Below, piece by piece: positions 26,238 to 32,000 of a stretch of 32,000 bases of DNA. Each line of letters begins with the position of its first letter. The stretch's first letter is position 1. The notes under the pieces were generated by a model that saw only the letters and a program-made list of their open reading frames with translations, made no database searches and was not told where the DNA came from. The position numbers and the translations under genes are program-made. Origin of the DNA: Nostoc punctiforme PCC 73102 (lineage in GTDB: Bacteria; Cyanobacteriota; Cyanobacteriia; Cyanobacteriales; Nostocaceae); assembly GCF_000020025.1 (NCBI RefSeq), contig NC_010628.1:540001-572000 (forward strand). The letters run 5' to 3'.

Positions 26238-26840
26238 TTAATTTTCAGTGGCTTCGCTTTCAAACTGCACTTGTCTGTACAAATCGATTATTGCTATTTC
26301 TACATCCACCGATTCTAGCCGCAATATTTCATCCAAATTATACTCCGACAGCACCCATTTACCCTGTTCGTTGCGCCGAAACACTTCTACACCCGGTTGA
26401 GCTATTTGTACTAAGACATATTCTTGCAAGGTTGGAGATTGGCGATATTTAGCAAACTTCTTCCCCCTATCGGCTGCTTCTGTTGAAGGTGATAGCACTT
26501 CGATAATTAAGCAGGGAAATTGTACTAATTGTGGATCGCGATCGCGTTCATCGCAAGTCACCACCACATCTGGATAAAAATACTTTTGCCCCGGTTCTAA
26601 CTGCACTTTCACATCTACAATGTATACTTCACAGGTGCGTAGGCGTAGCCCGTCGTAGACATCGGCTAGGGCATCATCTAGAAGCTTAAAGAAATTTGCA
26701 GAAATCCGATTATGGTTGCGTGTAGCACCACTCATCATCACAACTTCGCCATCCCAATACTCGTAACGTTCCTCTTGGGTGGATTCCCAAACCAGATATT
26801 CCTCTGCACTCATCAAAATGCGATCGGGTAAAGCAACCAT
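26238..26840 (-). CDS. Uma2 (DUF820) family putative endonuclease carrying a 9-codon element insertion
   Basis: Has a typical N-terminus (MSAEEYLVWESTQEERYEYWDGEVVMM), then HNRISANF, YPDVVVTCDE and LIIEVLSPSTEAADRGKKFAKY. DVYDGLRLR is encoded by the 27-nt element. Confidence 0.85.
   Translation of the reverse strand: MVALPDRILMSAEEYLVWESTQEERYEYWDGEVVMMSGATRNHNRISANFFKLLDDALADVYDGLRLRTCEVYIVDVKVQLEPGQKYFYPDVVVTCDERDRDPQLVQFPCLIIEVLSPSTEAADRGKKFAKYRQSPTLQEYVLVQIAQPGVEVFRRNEQGKWVLSEYNLDEILRLESVDVEIAIIDLYRQVQFESEATEN
26637..26663 (-). repeat. 27-nt dispersed mini-element, copy B (gatgtctacgacgggctacgcctacgc on the minus strand), in frame inside the Uma2 CDS
   Basis: Read directly. It matches copy C at 26 of 27 positions. 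Confidence 0.75.
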
Positions 26841-26981
26841 CGGCGCGATCTCTTAATGATTCAGTTTATTTAGGATAGCGTAGCCAGATAAAGGTATGAG
26901 TATCTAAAAGGCGATCCAAAGTAAACATAATGGATATTTATCTAGATGCATATTTTGGATCAAATCGGACAATCGACGATA

Positions 26982-27308
26982 TTAACCTTTTGGTAAATAC
27001 GGTATGGTTCCGGCAGCATCGGTGTCGTCGATTATATGGAACCTGCTGATACTACCAGCCTGGCGAGCTTGACGATATTTTGCATAGGCTGGATCGTTAA
27101 CAAACGCTTGCACTGCTTCCGCAGAAGGAAATTCCAACAAAGCAAGCAATGTTGTTCCTAATTCCTCGCCTTCAATAGTCGTAATATTGCCACTGCGGGA
27201 AAGGTATTTCCCTCCATGATTATGTACGATATCGTGGACATTTGTTGCGTAGTCCGAAATCCAGGCATCATCGGTAACTTTAACGTCTGCAATTAAATAT
27301 ACAGCCAT
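26982..27308 (-). CDS. DUF1330 domain protein
   Basis: MAVYLIADVKVTDD...GGKYLSRSG...LLEFPSAEAVQAFVNDPAYAKYRQARQ matches the DUF1330 pattern as I remember it. It is 108 aa. Confidence 0.85.
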   Translation of the reverse strand: MAVYLIADVKVTDDAWISDYATNVHDIVHNHGGKYLSRSGNITTIEGEELGTTLLALLEFPSAEAVQAFVNDPAYAKYRQARQAGSISRFHIIDDTDAAGTIPYLPKG

Positions 27309-27386
27309 GATGGTTCTCCTTTAGTTAGTTAGATAACTATATTTGCTGAGTATTCAAGAAAAGAACTCTAGCAACAAAAGTATTTA

Positions 27387-27518
27387 GAGTATGCGAGCGC
27401 TTTTACTTCTCGATCATACTTGAGACTGGAATCAGCTATTTTAATTTAGGCTAATATTTGGTCAGCATGAGATTCACGTTAACGTCCTAGCATTTTAATC
27501 CCGCAGATGCTTTCTGGC
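27387..27518 (-). pseudogene. Decayed duplicate of the uvrB 3' end plus the Uma2 gene (internally deleted, 3'-truncated)
   Basis: 27387-27445 matches 27817-27875 at 54 of 59 nt. 27447-27509 matches 28176-28237 apart from 3 substitutions and 2 one-nt indels, including a 28-nt identical run across the uvrB stop/Uma2 start junction. Both reading frames are broken: the uvrB fragment has a 1-nt insertion, and the Uma2 fragment hits a stop after 8 codons. Confidence 0.65.
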
Positions 27519-27545
27519 GATGTCTACGACGGACTACGCCTACGC
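27519..27545 (+). repeat. 27-nt dispersed mini-element, copy C (gatgtctacgacggactacgcctacgc), intergenic and abutting the relic
   Basis: Read directly. Its orientation is opposite to copies A and B. Confidence 0.75.
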
Positions 27546-27635
27546 ACACTGTGTCAGAATCGCTATTGTAGGCGATGATGCTGGTTAAAAGTAGTATATG
27601 CTTTTCAGATGTGTAGCAAATTAAGCGATCGCTTC

Positions 27636-28205
27636 CTAGATTTTTCGCAACAATTCCCGAATAGCGATCGCACAATCAGGAAAAGCTAAAGGTGAAATTG
27701 TCACATCCTCTGCAAGTATGCTCTCACTGTGATATCCGTCTGGACTTGGGAGACGATACATATACAACTTGCGTCCATTCACATCTAAAATCCAGTACTC
27801 AATAATACCTGACTTGGAGTATGCAATCGCTTTTACTTCTCGATCGTATTTGAGACTGGAATCAGCTATTTCAATCAGTAAAAATACTTCGGAAGCATTG
27901 GGATGGCGATCCTCATAATCTAATGGATTCAGGTTCACCACTGAAATATCTGGTTCTGGTTCTGAGTAATCATCAAGTTGGACTGGTGACTGGATTCTTA
28001 ATAAAACTTTGTCCCCTAATCGTTGACGTAATAACCTTTCTGTGCGGGTAATTGCTGATTCGTGAGCAGTTCCTTTTGCTGACATTCTGATGATTTGTCC
28101 CGCGATTAATTCTAAGCGTTCTTCAGGATGAAAAATCCCCATTTCCGCCATTTTGTGATATTCTTGAACACTAATTAGGCGAATATTGGTGAGCATAAGA
28201 TTCAC
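27636..28205 (-). CDS. Uma2 (DUF820) family putative endonuclease
   Basis: Contains ISVQEYHKMAEMGIF, LELIAGQIIRMSAKGTAHESAI, EPEPDISVV, FLLIEIADSSLKYDREVKAIAYSKSGIIEYWILD. The start is GTG 28205 (1 nt after the uvrB stop) or ATG 28196. Confidence 0.85.
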   Translation of the reverse strand: MNLMLTNIRLISVQEYHKMAEMGIFHPEERLELIAGQIIRMSAKGTAHESAITRTERLLRQRLGDKVLLRIQSPVQLDDYSEPEPDISVVNLNPLDYEDRHPNASEVFLLIEIADSSLKYDREVKAIAYSKSGIIEYWILDVNGRKLYMYRLPSPDGYHSESILAEDVTISPLAFPDCAIAIRELLRKI

Positions 28206-28206
28206 G

Positions 28207-30258
28207 TTAACGTCCTAGCATTTTATCCCGCAGATGTTTAATGCGATCGCGCAATTTACCCGCCTCTTCAAATTCCAGTTTTTTCGCCGCCTCTTTCATC
28301 TGCGCTTCTAACAGAGTAATCAACCCTGGAATCTGTTCTAATGGCAGTTCATCTATATGTTCATCTACAACTTTCAAGTCAGTTGCATTTAACCGCCGAG
28401 ATACATCTAAAAAAGCCAAAATCGCATTACTTGATTTTTTGACAATTGGTTGTGGTGTAATCCCATGCAGTCGATTATGTGCTGTTTGAATACCACGCCG
28501 TCTATCTGTTTCATCAATAGCTTTAATCATGCTACCTGTCATATTATCGGCATACAAAATCGCTTGTCCTTGGACGTGACGCGCGGCTCTACCAATAGTT
28601 TGAATTAAGGAACGTTCGGTTCGCAGGAAACCTTCTTTATCTGCATCCATAATTGCTACTAAGGAAACTTCGGGTAAATCCAAGCCTTCCCGCAGCAAGT
28701 TCACACCTACTAATACATCAAATTTCCCTTCGCGCAAGTTCTGCAAAATCTCAATGCGCTCAATAGAAGTAATCTCGGAATGTAAATACCGTACCCTTAT
28801 ACTGCGGTCTTGTAAATATTCGGTTAAATCTTCCGCCATCCGTTTGGTTAATGTGGTAATTAACACTCGTTCATGGCGGTCAGCTCTATCTTTAATTTCG
28901 CCTAACAAATCATCAATTTGTCCTTCTGTAGGACGCACAGAAATTTCTGGATCAACCACCCCAGTTGGCCGAATTACTTGCTCAATTACATGGTCTTCAG
29001 AAACTTCTATTTCCCAAGTTCCGGGAGTTGCGGAAACAAAAATACACTGATTAACCTTTTGCCAAAATTCTTCAGCTTTCAAAGGACGGTTATCAGCAGC
29101 GCTAGGAAGCCGAAATCCATGTTCAATTAAAACTTTTTTTCTCGCTTGATCGCCGTTATACATACCTCGAATTTGGGGTACGGTAACGTGAGATTCATCG
29201 ATAATTAATAGCCAATCTTTAGGAAAATAATCAATTAAACATTCGGGTGGATCTCCAGCTTGCCTTCCTGCTAAATGACGAGAATAGTTTTCAACGCCGT
29301 TGCAGTAACCTACTTCGCGTAGCATTTCTAGGTCATAGCGTGTACGTTGATCTATGCGTTGCGCTTCTAATAGTTTCCCAGCTTGTTCTAAGTCTAGTTT
29401 TTGCTGTTTTAATTCTGCGGCGATGTCATGACAAGCTACTTCTAACCGTTCTTCTGGGGTGACAAAGTGACGTGCCGGGTAGATATTCACTGCTTCCAAG
29501 CTCTTGAGAATTTCACCTGTCACCGGGTCAATGTAGCGAATCGCGTCTATTTCATCGCCAAAAAATTCGACGCGAATAATTCGGTCTTCATAAGCTGGGC
29601 CAATTTCTAAGACATCACCACGGACACGAAATTTTCCCCGGCCCATTTCTATGTCGTTGCGGCTATATTGAACATTTGCCAAATCCCGTAAAATTTGGCG
29701 CTGATTTACTTCCATACCTATCTGGAGAGGGATGGCAGCTTTGAGATATTCTGCTGGCATTCCTAAACCGTAGATGCAGCTAATGGAAGCAACGACAATG
29801 ACATCACGACGTTCAAACAGCGATCGCGTCGCTGAATGCCGCAACATATCTATTTCATCATTAATTGCTGCCGTTTTTTCAATATAAGTATCCGTAACGG
29901 GAATATACGCTTCTGGCTGATAGTAATCGTAGTAGCTGACAAAATACTCCACTGCGTTGTTGGGGAAGAAATCCCGCAACTCGTTACAAAGCTGTGCAGC
30001 CAAGGTTTTGTTATGCGCCAGAACTAAGGTAGGCTTACCAATTTTCTCAATAACTGCTGCTACCGAAAATGTCTTGCCAGTTCCAGTGGCTCCTAGTAAA
30101 GTTTGGTAACGATTGCCTGACTGGATACTAGCAGTAAGTTGTGCGATCGCTTGTGGTTGATCGCCTGTGGGACTAAAGGGAGCTTGAAGACAAAATTCTG
30201 TCATACAGTTTTGCTGAAAATACCCTATCTCATGGTGACGATTTCGCCCTGTATCCAT
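28207..30258 (-). CDS. uvrB: Excinuclease ABC subunit B
   Basis: Has Walker A (GATGTGKTF), the DESH box (IIDESHVT), helicase motifs and a C-terminal UVR domain ([14 protein letters not shown]). The likely start is ATG 30204 ([16 protein letters not shown]), giving 665 aa. Confidence 0.96.
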   Translation of the reverse strand: MDTGRNRHHEIGYFQQNCMTEFCLQAPFSPTGDQPQAIAQLTASIQSGNRYQTLLGATGTGKTFSVAAVIEKIGKPTLVLAHNKTLAAQLCNELRDFFPNNAVEYFVSYYDYYQPEAYIPVTDTYIEKTAAINDEIDMLRHSATRSLFERRDVIVVASISCIYGLGMPAEYLKAAIPLQIGMEVNQRQILRDLANVQYSRNDIEMGRGKFRVRGDVLEIGPAYEDRIIRVEFFGDEIDAIRYIDPVTGEILKSLEAVNIYPARHFVTPEERLEVACHDIAAELKQQKLDLEQAGKLLEAQRIDQRTRYDLEMLREVGYCNGVENYSRHLAGRQAGDPPECLIDYFPKDWLLIIDESHVTVPQIRGMYNGDQARKKVLIEHGFRLPSAADNRPLKAEEFWQKVNQCIFVSATPGTWEIEVSEDHVIEQVIRPTGVVDPEISVRPTEGQIDDLLGEIKDRADRHERVLITTLTKRMAEDLTEYLQDRSIRVRYLHSEITSIERIEILQNLREGKFDVLVGVNLLREGLDLPEVSLVAIMDADKEGFLRTERSLIQTIGRAARHVQGQAILYADNMTGSMIKAIDETDRRRGIQTAHNRLHGITPQPIVKKSSNAILAFLDVSRRLNATDLKVVDEHIDELPLEQIPGLITLLEAQMKEAAKKLEFEEAGKLRDRIKHLRDKMLGR

Positions 30259-30289
30259 TGTAGCTGGCTTATTATACTAAATAAATGGT

Positions 30290-30312
30290 AATAAGTTTTT
30301 ACAAAACTTATT
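30290..30312. promoter_or_regulatory. 23-bp perfect palindrome aataagtttt-tac-aaaacttatt in the divergent uvrB / repeat-protein promoter region
   Basis: Read directly. It has 10-bp arms and a 3-nt centre and looks like an operator. No binding factor can be assigned. Confidence 0.3.
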
Positions 30313-30457
30313 AATTAAAGTTTACTTATCTATCAGTTTTAAAGATTCTTATATCTATGTGAGGTTTTTTAAGGTTAAACTCTAAGATATATGGGAAAAA
30401 ATTTCATCTTTCCTTAATTATTGTAAAATTCAATTAACAAACCAGAGGTCTTCGTTT

Positions 30458-30916
30458 ATGGCTATTAGCAGCACTGGCAAAGCAATCAGTTCTCGGCAAA
30501 ACAATGCCAAGTCTTCAGGGGAAACTACAGAGGAAGTTGAAAACCAACAAGACCAGAGCTTGAATGCTGATAAAATCGAGGAAAAACTGCCAGTGGGGGC
30601 TTCTGGAACACTTGCTATTTCTGGAATTCGTCCCATAGGCCCTAGTGACTTAGAAGTTGCTGAAAAACTTTCAATTGCTGGGGTGCGTCCCGTTAGCACC
30701 AGTACCTTGGAAGTAGTTGAAACCTATGACTCAATGGGTATTCGTCCAATTGGTGCTAATACATTCCAAGTTGTTGAAAGCATCAACCTCTCTGGGATTC
30801 GTCCAATTGCCTCAAGTGCATTAATAATTTCTGAAAGCTATTCCACATTTGGGAACCGTCCAATAGCATCAAATGAGATTGACAATTCTGAAAGCCTGAT
30901 GGGTTTTCTAGATTAG
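30458..30916 (+). CDS. Hypothetical protein with five tandem 19-residue repeats (G-x-R-P-I type)
   Basis: ATG 30458 is preceded by agagg, and a canonical intrinsic terminator follows the stop. Arg-Pro occurs at residues 58, 77, 96, 115 and 134 (exact 19-aa period). I do not recognise the family. Confidence 0.6.
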   Translation: MAISSTGKAISSRQNNAKSSGETTEEVENQQDQSLNADKIEEKLPVGASGTLAISGIRPIGPSDLEVAEKLSIAGVRPVSTSTLEVVETYDSMGIRPIGANTFQVVESINLSGIRPIASSALIISESYSTFGNRPIASNEIDNSESLMGFLD

Positions 30917-30944
30917 ACAACAAATATCCCCATAACTTTATTGA

Positions 30945-30974
30945 CCCAGTTCTGTATAAGAACTGGGTTTTTTT
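30945..30974 (+). terminator. Rho-independent terminator
   Basis: The stem pairs cccagttct (30945-30953) with agaactggg (30959-30967). The loop is gtata, and a T7 tract follows (30968-30974). Confidence 0.8.
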
Positions 30975-31266
30975 AGCTACGAAATCAAAAGTAGATATTA
31001 TAATATTTGCAATTTGTCTATGCCTTTTAGCATAGAGAACTAAGCTTTTCTTGCTTTATTTGGTATTCAACTAACAGCCATAACGCTTGCTACAACTAAT
31101 TTCTTGCATTTTTAATTTTAAATTTTAAATTTTTAATTGTTTAATATACCTTGTGGTGGAAGGCTTTAGTAAAAACTTTAAGTTAGTCTGTAAAGGTAAT
31201 AACAAAGCATTTCAAAGCTGACATTACAGGCTTGAAATAAATTTTTGATTAAATCAGGAGTTCAAA

Positions 31267-31449
31267 ATGAGCATAGAAGATCGCGCAAAAGCAGCAGCTA
31301 AAAATGTTGAAGGTAAAGCCCAAGAAGCATTAGGAAATGTTACTGGCGACCCAGAAGATAAAGCCAAAGGTAAAGCAAAGCAAGCTGAAAGCGAAGTACG
31401 TCATGGAATTGAAGACGTAAAAGATAACGTCAAGAAAAACATTGGCTAA
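31267..31449 (+). CDS. CsbD-family stress-response protein
   Basis: It is 60 aa. KNVEGKAQEALGNVTGDPEDKAKGKAKQAESEVRHGIEDVKDNVKK is the CsbD pattern. The RBS aggag lies upstream. Confidence 0.85.
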   Translation: MSIEDRAKAAAKNVEGKAQEALGNVTGDPEDKAKGKAKQAESEVRHGIEDVKDNVKKNIG

Positions 31450-31607
31450 TAATTCATAATAATTTTGCAAAAACTCTAGGGATATAAATGGGGTGGATTC
31501 CATTTTTGCAAAACAGTATGGATTGTTGGCTATTCAACGCTATAACCCTTTATTCTTTTCTTAGCAACCATTGAAAGATAAAGGACTAGCTTAATTAGCA
31601 AAAATCT

Positions 31608-31637
31608 TGTAGAGACGTAATTAGCCACGTCTCTACA
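31608..31637. repeat. Dispersed hairpin element: tgtagagacg - taattagcca - cgtctctaca
   Basis: It has a perfect 10-bp stem. It belongs to the same family as the 1827-1846 palindrome and is related to gtagagaaggcttcagccctctctac near 10625-10650. Confidence 0.65.
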
Positions 31638-31756
31638 TTAAAAAAATCATAAACTTAAAGGAATAACCTCTATAATTTTAAACTTTATAAATTCAATCAA
31701 TTAGTTTAATACAACCTATTTTATCTGTTGTTTAAAGTTTTTTCAGGAGGGAAAGG

Positions 31757-32000
31757 ATGATTCTGTTTCAGCAAAGTCGCAAAATATTGGCGACTTTCTT
31801 CTTAATCGGAGTACTGTTGATAACTACCGCCTGTGGTGGTGCTACTGTATCACAAGTTGACCGCACAACAACTCCGTCAGCCATTGGCCGAGATGTAACT
31901 TATGCAGAGTTAGAGCGAGGCAATACCCCAGGCGGGCAAACCTTTGGTACCTGGGTTGTGCAAACATCTCAAGGATTGGTTCAGGATGCTTATGTTCGTG
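31757..32000 (+). CDS. Putative lipoprotein (partial; continues beyond the right window edge)
   Basis: Not in the ORF track because it is open-ended. ATG 31757 is preceded by aggaggga. The translation is MILFQQSRKILATFFLIGVLLITTACGGATVSQ..., i.e. a signal peptide plus a Cys lipobox-like site. There are 81 codons without a stop. Confidence 0.5.
   Translation, partial: MILFQQSRKILATFFLIGVLLITTACGGATVSQVDRTTTPSAIGRDVTYAELERGNTPGGQTFGTWVVQTSQGLVQDAYVR

Noticed and set aside
27487-27675. 62-aa minus-strand ORF overlapping the Uma2 3' end
   Set aside because: It runs across the spacer, the 27-nt dispersed element and the uvrB-fragment end of the decayed uvrB/Uma2 relic. It is an artefact of those sequences and has no support of its own.
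30205-30258. 18-codon N-terminal extension of uvrB ([18 protein letters not shown])
   Set aside because: UvrB proteins normally begin a few residues before the FxLxSxFxPxGDQ block. ATG 30204 gives the usual ~665-aa length. The longer start cannot be excluded without TSS data.
31110-31140. AT-only periodic stretch tttaattttaaattttaaatttttaattg upstream of csbD
   Set aside because: It may cause DNA bending in a promoter, but a simple low-complexity AT tract cannot be assigned a function from sequence alone.

Overview
This 32-kb window looks like a chromosomal segment of a filamentous Nostoc/Anabaena-type cyanobacterium. Evidence: 24 copies of the HIP1 palindrome GCGATCGC counted by eye, heptameric STRR-type arrays in many intergenic regions, and cyanobacteria-typical genes (ictB-like, cyanoexosortase, WGxxGxxG protein, many Uma2/DUF820 paralogs). 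All calls rest on reading the supplied translations and the DNA for motifs I recognise; no search or alignment tool was run.

I can support about 33 protein-coding genes. Two of them are edge-truncated and absent from the ORF track: efp at 1-453 (-) and a putative lipoprotein at 31757-32000 (+).

- Housekeeping genes: efp, a TLP40-like cyclophilin, thiL, gap2, nadD, murC, murB, a ybaB-family gene, a low-molecular-weight protein tyrosine phosphatase (LMW-PTP), a LuxR-type response regulator, smpB and uvrB.
- Envelope polysaccharide locus (15.7-22.9 kb): DegT-family aminotransferase, cyanoexosortase, an EpsI-like partner, a Wza-like exporter and a Wzc-like co-polymerase/kinase.
- After that locus: two tandem rhomboid proteases, a short-chain dehydrogenase, a TPR protein, DUF1330 and three Uma2-family nuclease genes.
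- I saw no rRNA, tRNA, CRISPR array, transposase or integrase.

Nothing here is a clear-cut novel multi-gene system. The items most worth a second look are:
1. An orphan 152-aa protein made of five exact 19-residue periods (30458-30916).
2. A GAF histidine-kinase homolog that has lost the phospho-acceptor His and the ATP-binding boxes (13580-15178).
3. A 27-nt mini-element present three times, twice as in-frame 9-codon insertions in unrelated genes.
4. A 174-bp tandem duplication inside the Wza-like gene with a 66-bp core that is nucleotide-identical while its flanks have diverged.
5. A Wzc-like protein with no C-terminal tyrosine cluster.
6. A decayed duplicate of the uvrB-3'end/Uma2 junction.
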